Shown piece by piece: positions 29,885 through 41,800 of a DNA stretch of 64,000 nucleotides. Position 1 is the first letter of the stretch. Each line of letters opens with the position of its first letter. A program made the translations under genes and the position numbers. The stretch is taken from assembly GCA_963668445.1 (NCBI GenBank), contig OY764335.1:532297-596296 (forward strand), in the 5' to 3' direction. The DNA comes from an uncultured candidatus Porisulfidus sp. (GTDB lineage: Bacteria; Pseudomonadota; Gammaproteobacteria; Poriferisulfidales; Poriferisulfidaceae). The notes beneath the pieces are model-generated. The model was given only the letters and a program-made list of their open reading frames with translations. It was not told the DNA's origin and searched no databases.

Positions 29885-32800
29885 TCAGAACATCAGTTCG
29901 ATTTTCAGATGGATGCTCAAGCCATTTGCCTCGTTGCTGGCGGCATGTTCGCCGAACACATCCGCGCGCCATTGCGCCATGGCGCCTGTCTCGCGCCCGA
30001 ACCGCACACCCAATCGCATTTTCGAGAGGTCGCTGCTGTGTTCCGCCTTGCCAAACCACTCGATCGGCCGCCTCAGCCACGGCGACCACATGCCGTATCC
30101 GACTTCCACTCCCATGGCTGCGGATTCATTCGGTGCTGATCGATCAGCCAGATCGGCGGCGTTCTCCTCCCACATCGTGGACGAGCTGTCGGTTGGCGCG
30201 CCCCATCGCGGGGACAGCATCAGGGACAGCCCGCGACCGTCCGCGTCTGGATTTTTCTTCAGCGTCACACTCACGCCCCGTTCTTCGTAGTCGCTCTCGG
30301 AATGTGCTGCCAGCCATCGCCCTTGTACATCCAGTGCCCAGCCGTCGACCACACTTTCGAAATACATGCCGCCGGCCAATTCCAGCCCGACTCCTTCGGA
30401 CCCGTTGCCACCATCGTAGCGGGCAAACGCCTGCGCGTACGGATTCGTGAAGTTGCCAGCCTCGTCCTCGATTGTCCGGGAATATTCCATTCCGGCACGG
30501 ACCTGATGCGCATTCGCTGTCAGGTCGTCAATCTCCAGAATCTCGCCATCGGCTTCCAGCTGGACGTATCCGGCATCGGCCATCAGTGCCCAGCGATGGT
30601 CCTTCCGCTCCGATTCCCCGAGTTCTCGGCGCAAGCCCACCGAAGCCATCTGCATCGATAGGTCTCTGTGCTCGGAATCCGCGCTGTCCATGCCGCTACG
30701 CAAGCTCTCCAATTCGATATCCCCCTCGCCTGCGCCCAGCATCATCCAAACCCCTACACCATCTCCCAAGTCCACATGGGCGTAAGGATGCACACTGGTC
30801 AGTTTCATCTCCATCGTGCCCGACCCGTTTAGACCTTGCTCGCCGAAAGAATAATCCGAATGCGCCCGACGATGCGATACCGCAACTCCGGCGATCCATT
30901 GTTTCTGAATGCGGGCATCAACGCCTACGTAGAACGAGCGCATGTCGCTTTCGTAATGGCCATTGCCATTGATTTCACCGGAGCTTTCCGTGTAGTCGCC
31001 CTGACCCCAGACGCTCCATTGCGCATGCGACGCTTCACTGCCCGCATTGAGGGAGAAGTCAAAAGTGCTTTCCAACAACCATTCGGTTGTGCTGATGCGA
31101 GAGCCCTCGTCCGTTACCGAGCCTGCTTTGAACCTTTCGATAACATCTAACGCGGCTGGCTGCGTCAAGGTTCGACGGTCGGATTCCGATGTGTCTGGCT
31201 CCAGTCCGGCCATACGAATCACGTCGTCGGGCGGCTTCGCAAACCTCCAATTTAGCACTTGCTGCGTACTTGCCATCATGCTGCCTGCGATTTGGCTCAA
31301 GGAGGCTTCCAAGACTGCCTTTTCCTCAATGGTATCTGTTTGCACCGCGATGGTAAAGGCGGCGGCGGCACTGTTGCCGTCGGCGTCGGTGGCGGTGTAG
31401 GTGTAGCCGGTGGCGGCCTGGGTGCCGCTGGGGGTGCCGGACAGGGTGCGGGTGGCGGCGTCGAAGCTCAGCCCGGGGGGCAGCGCCGGGGTGCCGCTGG
31501 TGCGCGCCAGCGCGTAGCTGAGCGCGCCGTTGCCGCCGCTGGCCAGCGGCAACGCCAAGTCCGTGATTCTGCGGCCTCGTGCATACACCTGGTCGGCAAT
31601 TGTGTCGTTCAAGGTTGGAGGGCCCAAGGGGGGGCTCTCTATAGATTCCTGCACCATGATGGTGAAGGTGGCGGTGGCGGCGTCGCCGTCGGCGTCGGTG
31701 GCGGTGTAGGTGTAGCCGGTGGCGGCCTGGGTGCCGCTGGGGGTGCCGGACAGGGTGCGGGTGGCGGCGTCGAAGCTCAGCCCGGGGGGCAGCGCCGGGG
31801 TGCCGCTGGTGCGCGCCAGCGCGTAGCTGAGCGCGCCGTTGCCGCCGGTCGCGGCCGGCAGCACCAGATCGGTGATCGGGCGGCCCTCGGAGTAGGCCTG
31901 GTCGGACGGCGCGGTCACGGCGGGCTGGCTGTTGGACTCGACCGCGAGGCTGAAGGTCGCCGAGTCGGTCTCGCCGTCGGCGTCGGTGACCGCGTACTTC
32001 AGGCTGGCGGTGGCGGCGCTGCCCGGCGTGGTGCCGGACAGGGTGCGGGTGGCGGCGGCGAACGACAGCCAGGCGGGCAGCGCGGTGCCGTCTTCCTTGG
32101 TCAGCGCGTAGCTCAGCGGGGCGTTGCCGCCGGTGGCGGCCGGCAGCTGGTGCGAGACGCTGCGCCCGGTGCCGTAGGTGAGGCCGGCCTGGGACGGCAG
32201 GTCCGGGGCGCTGTTCGCGGCCACCGCGATGGTGAAGGTGGCGGTGGCGGCGTCGCCGTCGGCGTCGGTGGCGGTGTAGGTGTAGCCGGTGGCGGCCTGG
32301 GTGCCGCTGGGGGTGCCGGACAGGGTGCGGGTGGCGGCGTCGAAGCTCAGCCCGGGGGGCAGCGCCGGGGTGCCGCTGGTGCGCGCCAGCGCGTAGCTGA
32401 GCGCGCCGTTGCCGCCGGTCGCGGCCGGCAGCACCAGATCGGTGATCGGGCGGCCCTCGGAGTAGGCCTGGTCGGACGGCGCGGTCACGGCGGGCTGGCT
32501 GTTGGACTCGACCGCGAGGCTGAAGGTCGCCGAGTCGGTCTCGCCGTCGGCGTCGGTGACCGCGTACTTCAGGCTGGCGGTGGCGGCGCTGCCCGGCGTG
32601 GTGCCGGACAGGGTGCGGGTGGCGGCGGCGAACGACAGCCAGGCGGGCAGCGCGGTGCCGTCTTCCTTGGTCAGCGCGTAGCTCAGCGGGGCGTTGCCGC
32701 CGGTGGCGGCCGGCAGCTGGTGCGAGACGCTGCGCCCGGTGCCGTAGGTGAGGCCGGCCTGGGACGGCAGGTCCGGGGCGCTGTTCGCGGCCACCGCGAT

Positions 32801-35800
32801 GGTGAAGGTGGCGGTGGCGGCGTCGCCGTCGGCGTCGGTGGCGGTGTAGGTGTAGCCGGTGGCGGCCTGGGTGCCGCTGGGGGTGCCGGACAGGGTGCGG
32901 GTGGCGGCGTCGAAGCTCAGCCCGGGGGGCAGCGCCGGGGTGCCGCTGGTGCGCGCCAGCGCGTAGCTGAGCGCGCCGTTGCCGCCGGTCGCGGCCGGCA
33001 GCACCAGATCGGTGATCGGGCGGCCCTCGGAGTAGGCCTGGTCGGACGGCGCGGTCACGGCGGGCTGGCTGTTGGACTCGACCGCGAGGCTGAAGGTCGC
33101 CGAGTCGGTCTCGCCGTCGGCGTCGGTGACCGCGTACTTCAGGCTGGCGGTGGCGGCGCTGCCCGGCGTGGTGCCGGACAGGGTGCGGGTGGCGGCGGCG
33201 AACGACAGCCAGGCGGGCAGCGCGGTGCCGTCTTCCTTGGTCAGCGCGTAGCTCAGCGGGGCGTTGCCGCCGGTGGCGGCCGGCAGCTGGTGCGAGACGC
33301 TGCGCCCGGTGCCGTAGGTGAGGCCGGCCTGGGACGGCAGGTCCGGGGCGCTGTTCGCGGCCACCGCGATGGTGAAGGTGGCGGTGGCGGCGTCGCCGTC
33401 GGCGTCGGTGGCGGTGTAGGTGTAGCCGGTGGCGGCCTGGGTGCCGCTGGGGGTGCCGGACAGGGTGCGGGTGGCGGCGTCGAAGCTCAGCCCGGGGGGC
33501 AGCGCCGGGGTGCCGCTGGTGCGCGCCAGCGCGTAGCTGAGCGCGCCGTTGCCGCCGGTCGCGGCCGGCAGCACCAGATCGGTGATCGGGCGGCCCTCGG
33601 AGTAGGCCTGGTCGGACGGCGCGGTCACGGCGGGCTGGCTGTTGGACTCGACCGCGAGGCTGAAGGTCGCCGAGTCGGTCTCGCCGTCGGCGTCGGTGAC
33701 CGCGTACTTCAGGCTGGCGGTGGCGGCGCTGCCCGGCGTGGTGCCGGACAGGGTGCGGGTGGCGGCGGCGAACGACAGCCAGGCGGGCAGCGCGGTGCCG
33801 TCTTCCTTGGTCAGCGCGTAGCTCAGCGGGGCGTTGCCGCCGGTGGCGGCCGGCAGCTGGTGCGAGACGCTGCGCCCGGTGCCGTAGGTGAGGCCGGCCT
33901 GGGACGGCAGGTCCGGGGCGCTGTTCGCGGCCACCGCGATGGTGAAGGTGGCGGTGGCGGCGTCGCCGTCGGCGTCGGTGGCGGTGTAGGTGTAGCCGGT
34001 GGCGGCCTGGGTGCCGCTGGGGGTGCCGGACAGGGTGCGGGTGGCGGCGTCGAAGCTCAGCCCGGGGGGCAGCGCCGGGGTGCCGCTGGTGCGCGCCAGC
34101 GCGTAGCTGAGCGCGCCGTTGCCGCCGGTCGCGGCCGGCAGCACCAGATCGGTGATCGGGCGGCCCTCGGAGTAGGCCTGGTCGGACGGCGCGGTCACGG
34201 CGGGCTGGCTGTTGGACTCGACCGCGAGGCTGAAGGTCGCCGAGTCGGTCTCGCCGTCGGCGTCGGTGACCGCGTACTTCAGGCTGGCGGTGGCGGCGCT
34301 GCCCGGCGTGGTGCCGGACAGGGTGCGGGTGGCGGCGGCGAACGACAGCCAGGCGGGCAGCGCGGTGCCGTCTTCCTTGGTCAGCGCGTAGCTCAGCGGG
34401 GCGTTGCCGCCGGTGGCGGCCGGCAGCTGGTGCGAGACGCTGCGCCCGGTGCCGTAGGTGAGGCCGGCCTGGGACGGCAGGTCCGGGGCGCTGTTCGCGG
34501 CCACCGCGATGGTGAAGGTGGCGGTGGCGGCGTCGCCGTCGGCGTCGGTGGCGGTGTAGGTGTAGCCGGTGGCGGCCTGGGTGCCGCTGGGGGTGCCGGA
34601 CAGGGTGCGGGTGGCGGCGTCGAAGCTCAGCCCGGGGGGCAGCGCCGGGGTGCCGCTGGTGCGCGCCAGCGCGTAGCTGAGCGCGCCGTTGCCGCCGGTC
34701 GCGGCCGGCAGCACCAGATCGGTGATCGGGCGGCCCTCGGAGTAGGCCTGGTCGGACGGCGCGGTCACGGCGGGCTGGCTGTTGGACTCGACCGCGAGGC
34801 TGAAGGTCGCCGAGTCGGTCTCGCCGTCGGCGTCGGTGACCGCGTACTTCAGGCTGGCGGTGGCGGCGCTGCCCGGCGTGGTGCCGGACAGGGTGCGGGT
34901 GGCGGCGGCGAACGACAGCCAGGCGGGCAGCGCGGTGCCGTCTTCCTTGGTCAGCGCGTAGCTCAGCGGGGCGTTGCCGCCGGTGGCGGCCGGCAGCTGG
35001 TGCGAGACGCTGCGCCCGGTGCCGTAGGTGAGGCCGGCCTGGGACGGCAGGTCCGGGGCGCTGTTCGCGGCCACCGCGATGGTGAAGGTGGCGGTGGCGG
35101 CGTCGCCGTCGGCGTCGGTGGCGGTGTAGGTGTAGCCGGTGGCGGCCTGGGTGCCGCTGGGGGTGCCGGACAGGGTGCGGGTGGCGGCGTCGAAGCTCAG
35201 CCCGGGGGGCAGCGCCGGGGTGCCGCTGGTGCGCGCCAGCGCGTAGCTGAGCGCGCCGTTGCCGCCGGTCGCGGCCGGCAGCACCAGATCGGTGATCGGG
35301 CGGCCCTCGGAGTAGGCCTGGTCGGACGGCGCGGTCACGGCGGGCTGGCTGTTGGACTCGACCGCGAGGCTGAAGGTCGCCGAGTCGGTCTCGCCGTCGG
35401 CGTCGGTGACCGCGTACTTCAGGCTGGCGGTGGCGGCGCTGCCCGGCGTGGTGCCGGACAGGGTGCGGGTGGCGGCGGCGAACGACAGCCAGGCGGGCAG
35501 CGCGGTGCCGTCTTCCTTGGTCAGCGCGTAGCTCAGCGGGGCGTTGCCGCCGGTGGCGGCCGGCAGCTGGTGCGAGACGCTGCGCCCGGTGCCGTAGGTG
35601 AGGCCGGCCTGGGACGGCAGGTCCGGGGCGCTGTTCGCGGCCACCGCGATGGTGAAGGTGGCGGTGGCGGCGTCGCCGTCGGCGTCGGTGGCGGTGTAGG
35701 TGTAGCCGGTGGCGGCCTGGGTGCCGCTGGGGGTGCCGGACAGGGTGCGGGTGGCGGCGTCGAAGCTCAGCCCGGGGGGCAGCGCCGGGGTGCCGCTGGT

Positions 35801-38800
35801 GCGCGCCAGCGCGTAGCTGAGCGCGCCGTTGCCGCCGGTCGCGGCCGGCAGCACCAGATCGGTGATCGGGCGGCCCTCGGAGTAGGCCTGGTCGGACGGC
35901 GCGGTCACGGCGGGCTGGCTGTTGGACTCGACCGCGAGGCTGAAGGTCGCCGAGTCGGTCTCGCCGTCGGCGTCGGTGACCGCGTACTTCAGGCTGGCGG
36001 TGGCGGCGCTGCCCGGCGTGGTGCCGGACAGGGTGCGGGTGGCGGCGGCGAACGACAGCCAGGCGGGCAGCGCGGTGCCGTCTTCCTTGGTCAGCGCGTA
36101 GCTCAGCGGGGCGTTGCCGCCGGTGGCGGCCGGCAGCTGGTGCGAGACGCTGCGCCCGGTGCCGTAGGTGAGGCCGGCCTGGGACGGCAGGTCCGGGGCG
36201 CTGTTCGCGGCCACCGCGATGGTGAAGGTGGCGGTGGCGGCGTCGCCGTCGGCGTCGGTGGCGGTGTAGGTGTAGCCGGTGGCGGCCTGGGTGCCGCTGG
36301 GGGTGCCGGACAGGGTGCGGGTGGCGGCGTCGAAGCTCAGCCCGGGGGGCAGCGCCGGGGTGCCGCTGGTGCGCGCCAGCGCGTAGCTGAGCGCGCCGTT
36401 GCCGCCGGTCGCGGCCGGCAGCACCAGATCGGTGATCGGGCGGCCCTCGGAGTAGGCCTGGTCGGACGGCGCGGTCACGGCGGGCTGGCTGTTGGACTCG
36501 ACCGCGAGGCTGAAGGTCGCCGAGTCGGTCTCGCCGTCGGCGTCGGTGACCGCGTACTTCAGGCTGGCGGTGGCGGCGCTGCCCGGCGTGGTGCCGGACA
36601 GGGTGCGGGTGGCGGCGGCGAACGACAGCCAGGCGGGCAGCGCGGTGCCGTCTTCCTTGGTCAGCGCGTAGCTCAGCGGGGCGTTGCCGCCGGTGGCGGC
36701 CGGCAGCTGGTGCGAGACGCTGCGCCCGGTGCCGTAGGTGAGGCCGGCCTGGGACGGCAGGTCCGGGGCGCTGTTCGCGGCCACCGCGATGGTGAAGGTG
36801 GCGGTGGCGGCGTCGCCGTCGGCGTCGGTGGCGGTGTAGGTGTAGCCGGTGGCGGCCTGGGTGCCGCTGGGGGTGCCGGACAGGGTGCGGGTGGCGGCGT
36901 CGAAGCTCAGCCCGGGGGGCAGCGCCGGGGTGCCGCTGGTGCGCGCCAGCGCGTAGCTGAGCGCGCCGTTGCCGCCGGTCGCGGCCGGCAGCACCAGATC
37001 GGTGATCGGGCGGCCCTCGGAGTAGGCCTGGTCGGACGGCGCGGTCACGGCGGGCTGGCTGTTGGACTCGACCGCGAGGCTGAAGGTCGCCGAGTCGGTC
37101 TCGCCGTCGGCGTCGGTGACCGCGTACTTCAGGCTGGCGGTGGCGGCGCTGCCCGGCGTGGTGCCGGACAGGGTGCGGGTGGCGGCGGCGAACGACAGCC
37201 AGGCGGGCAGCGCGGTGCCGTCTTCCTTGGTCAGCGCGTAGCTCAGCGGGGCGTTGCCGCCGGTGGCGGCCGGCAGCTGGTGCGAGACGCTGCGCCCGGT
37301 GCCGTAGGTGAGGCCGGCCTGGGACGGCAGGTCCGGGGCGCTGTTCGCGGCCACCGCGATGGTGAAGGTGGCGGTGGCGGCGTCGCCGTCGGCGTCGGTG
37401 GCGGTGTAGGTGTAGCCGGTGGCGGCCTGGGTGCCGCTGGGGGTGCCGGACAGGGTGCGGGTGGCGGCGTCGAAGCTCAGCCCGGGGGGCAGCGCCGGGG
37501 TGCCGCTGGTGCGCGCCAGCGCGTAGCTGAGCGCGCCGTTGCCGCCGGTCGCGGCCGGCAGCACCAGATCGGTGATCGGGCGGCCCTCGGAGTAGGCCTG
37601 GTCGGACGGCGCGGTCACGGCGGGCTGGCTGTTGGACTCGACCGCGAGGCTGAAGGTCGCCGAGTCGGTCTCGCCGTCGGCGTCGGTGACCGCGTACTTC
37701 AGGCTGGCGGTGGCGGCGCTGCCCGGCGTGGTGCCGGACAGGGTGCGGGTGGCGGCGGCGAACGACAGCCAGGCGGGCAGCGCGGTGCCGTCTTCCTTGG
37801 TCAGCGCGTAGCTCAGCGGGGCGTTGCCGCCGGTGGCGGCCGGCAGCTGGTGCGAGACGCTGCGCCCGGTGCCGTAGGTGAGGCCGGCCTGGGACGGCAG
37901 GTCCGGGGCGCTGTTCGCGGCCACCGCGATGGTGAAGGTGGCGGTGGCGGCGTCGCCGTCGGCGTCGGTGGCGGTGTAGGTGTAGCCGGTGGCGGCCTGG
38001 GTGCCGCTGGGGGTGCCGGACAGGGTGCGGGTGGCGGCGTCGAAGCTCAGCCCGGGGGGCAGCGCCGGGGTGCCGCTGGTGCGCGCCAGCGCGTAGCTGA
38101 GCGCGCCGTTGCCGCCGGTCGCGGCCGGCAGCACCAGATCGGTGATCGGGCGGCCCTCGGAGTAGGCCTGGTCGGACGGCGCGGTCACGGCGGGCTGGCT
38201 GTTGGACTCGACCGCGAGGCTGAAGGTCGCCGAGTCGGTCTCGCCGTCGGCGTCGGTGACCGCGTACTTCAGGCTGGCGGTGGCGGCGCTGCCCGGCGTG
38301 GTGCCGGACAGGGTGCGGGTGGCGGCGGCGAACGACAGCCAGGCGGGCAGCGCGGTGCCGTCTTCCTTGGTCAGCGCGTAGCTCAGCGGGGCGTTGCCGC
38401 CGGTGGCGGCCGGCAGCTGGTGCGAGACGCTGCGCCCGGTGCCGTAGGTGAGGCCGGCCTGGGACGGCAGGTCCGGGGCGCTGTTCGCGGCCACCGCGAT
38501 GGTGAAGGTGGCGGTGGCGGCGTCGCCGTCGGCGTCGGTGGCGGTGTAGGTGTAGCCGGTGGCGGCCTGGGTGCCGCTGGGGGTGCCGGACAGGGTGCGG
38601 GTGGCGGCGTCGAAGCTCAGCCCGGGGGGCAGCGCCGGGGTGCCGCTGGTGCGCGCCAGCGCGTAGCTGAGCGCGCCGTTGCCGCCGGTCGCGGCCGGCA
38701 GCACCAGATCGGTGATCGGGCGGCCCTCGGAGTAGGCCTGGTCGGACGGCGCGGTCACGGCGGGCTGGCTGTTGGACTCGACCGCGAGGCTGAAGGTCGC

Positions 38801-41800
38801 CGAGTCGGTCTCGCCGTCGGCGTCGGTGACCGCGTACTTCAGGCTGGCGGTGGCGGCGCTGCCCGGCGTGGTGCCGGACAGGGTGCGGGTGGCGGCGGCG
38901 AACGACAGCCAGGCGGGCAGCGCGGTGCCGTCTTCCTTGGTCAGCGCGTAGCTCAGCGGGGCGTTGCCGCCGGTGGCGGCCGGCAGCTGGTGCGAGACGC
39001 TGCGCCCGGTGCCGTAGGTGAGGCCGGCCTGGGACGGCAGGTCCGGGGCGCTGTTCGCGGCCACCGCGATGGTGAAGGTGGCGGTGGCGGCGTCGCCGTC
39101 GGCGTCGGTGGCGGTGTAGGTGTAGCCGGTGGCGGCCTGGGTGCCGCTGGGGGTGCCGGACAGGGTGCGGGTGGCGGCGTCGAAGCTCAGCCCGGGGGGC
39201 AGCGCCGGGGTGCCGCTGGTGCGCGCCAGCGCGTAGCTGAGCGCGCCGTTGCCGCCGGTCGCGGCCGGCAGCACCAGATCGGTGATCGGGCGGCCCTCGG
39301 AGTAGGCCTGGTCGGACGGCGCGGTCACGGCGGGCTGGCTGTTGGACTCGACCGCGAGGCTGAAGGTCGCCGAGTCGGTCTCGCCGTCGGCGTCGGTGAC
39401 CGCGTACTTCAGGCTGGCGGTGGCGGCGCTGCCCGGCGTGGTGCCGGACAGGGTGCGGGTGGCGGCGGCGAACGACAGCCAGGCGGGCAGCGCGGTGCCG
39501 TCTTCCTTGGTCAGCGCGTAGCTCAGCGGGGCGTTGCCGCCGGTGGCGGCCGGCAGCTGGTGCGAGACGCTGCGCCCGGTGCCGTAGGTGAGGCCGGCCT
39601 GGGACGGCAGGTCCGGGGCGCTGTTCGCGGCCACCGCGATGGTGAAGGTGGCGGTGGCGGCGTCGCCGTCGGCGTCGGTGGCGGTGTAGGTGTAGCCGGT
39701 GGCGGCCTGGGTGCCGCTGGGGGTGCCGGACAGGGTGCGGGTGGCGGCGTCGAAGCTCAGCCCGGGGGGCAGCGCCGGGGTGCCGCTGGTGCGCGCCAGC
39801 GCGTAGCTGAGCGCGCCGTTGCCGCCGGTCGCGGCCGGCAGCACCAGATCGGTGATCGGGCGGCCCTCGGAGTAGGCCTGGTCGGACGGCGCGGTCACGG
39901 CGGGCTGGCTGTTGGACTCGACCGCGAGGCTGAAGGTCGCCGAGTCGGTCTCGCCGTCGGCGTCGGTGACCGCGTACTTCAGGCTGGCGGTGGCGGCGCT
40001 GCCCGGCGTGGTGCCGGACAGGGTGCGGGTGGCGGCGGCGAACGACAGCCAGGCGGGCAGCGCGGTGCCGTCTTCCTTGGTCAGCGCGTAGCTCAGCGGG
40101 GCGTTGCCGCCGGTGGCGGCCGGCAGCTGGTGCGAGACGCTGCGCCCGGTGCCGTAGGTGAGGCCGGCCTGGGACGGCAGGTCCGGGGCGCTGTTCGCGG
40201 CCACCGCGATGGTGAAGGTGGCGGTGGCGGCGTCGCCGTCGGCGTCGGTGGCGGTGTAGGTGTAGCCGGTGGCGGCCTGGGTGCCGCTGGGGGTGCCGGA
40301 CAGGGTGCGGGTGGCGGCGTCGAAGCTCAGCCCGGGGGGCAGCGCCGGGGTGCCGCTGGTGCGCGCCAGCGCGTAGCTGAGCGCGCCGTTGCCGCCGGTC
40401 GCGGCCGGCAGCACCAGATCGGTGATCGGGCGGCCCTCGGAGTAGGCCTGGTCGGACGGCGCGGTCACGGCGGGCTGGCTGTTGGACTCGACCGCGAGGC
40501 TGAAGGTCGCCGAGTCGGTCTCGCCGTCGGCGTCGGTGACCGCGTACTTCAGGCTGGCGGTGGCGGCGCTGCCCGGCGTGGTGCCGGACAGGGTGCGGGT
40601 GGCGGCGGCGAACGACAGCCAGGCGGGCAGCGCGGTGCCGTCTTCCTTGGTCAGCGCGTAGCTCAGCGGGGCGTTGCCGCCGGTGGCGGCCGGCAGCTGG
40701 TGCGAGACGCTGCGCCCGGTGCCGTAGGTGAGGCCGGCCTGGGACGGCAGGTCCGGGGCGCTGTTCGCGGCCACCGCGATGGTGAAGGTGGCGGTGGCGG
40801 CGTCGCCGTCGGCGTCGGTGGCGGTGTAGGTGTAGCCGGTGGCGGCCTGGGTGCCGCTGGGGGTGCCGGACAGGGTGCGGGTGGCGGCGTCGAAGCTCAG
40901 CCCGGGGGGCAGCGCCGGGGTGCCGCTGGTGCGCGCCAGCGCGTAGCTGAGCGCGCCGTTGCCGCCGGTCGCGGCCGGCAGCACCAGATCGGTGATCGGG
41001 CGGCCCTCGGAGTAGGCCTGGTCGGACGGCGCGGTCACGGCGGGCTGGCTGTTGGACTCGACCGCGAGGCTGAAGGTCGCCGAGTCGGTCTCGCCGTCGG
41101 CGTCGGTGACCGCGTACTTCAGGCTGGCGGTGGCGGCGCTGCCCGGCGTGGTGCCGGACAGGGTGCGGGTGGCGGCGGCGAACGACAGCCAGGCGGGCAG
41201 CGCGGTGCCGTCTTCCTTGGTCAGCGCGTAGCTCAGCGGGGCGTTGCCGCCGGTGGCGGCCGGCAGCTGGTGCGAGACGCTGCGCCCGGTGCCGTAGGTG
41301 AGGCCGGCCTGGGACGGCAGGTCCGGGGTTAGCCTCAGTGGCGTTGCTTTTGCTGTATCTGAAGGGGGGCTGCCACCGGTCGAATTCACCGCACGAATCT
41401 GAAAGGAGTATTCCACCCCGGTGGTCAAGTTGCCAACCGTGTGGCTTGTGGTATTTGCTCCGCTTTTGTTGATATTTCCCCAGATCTCGAATACGCTATC
41501 CGTTTCGGTCTTTTTCCGTATTTGGTATGTCGTAATGTTCGTGTCGGACGGATCCGTCCATTCGAGCAAGACCTGCTGATCGCCTGCAGTGGCCGCGAAG
41601 CCGCTCGGTTTCGCCGGCCTCGGCCTCGGTGTCACCGACACCTCGTCCGATTCTGTGCCATTGCCCACTGGGTTGACCGCTCTGATCTTGAACGTGTATT
41701 GGGTTCCGCTGGTCAATCCGGTGACCGTGTGGCTTGTGGTGGTCGCGCTGCTGGAGCCGATATCCGTCCACCCGCCATAATTGTTCGAGCCTTCTTTTTG

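Noticed and set aside
31259-41332. 3357-aa plus-strand ORF that is Gly/Ala/Arg-rich (GGGVAVGVGGG...).
   Set aside because: It is the antisense of the GC-rich tandem repeats of the real minus-strand adhesin gene. It is periodic only because the template is periodic, and it has no start context.
31640-41335. CRISPR array hypothesis for the regular 570-bp periodicity.
   Set aside because: The units are contiguous with no spacers, are 570 bp long, and lie within a long protein-coding ORF with clear domain homology. There are no cas genes.
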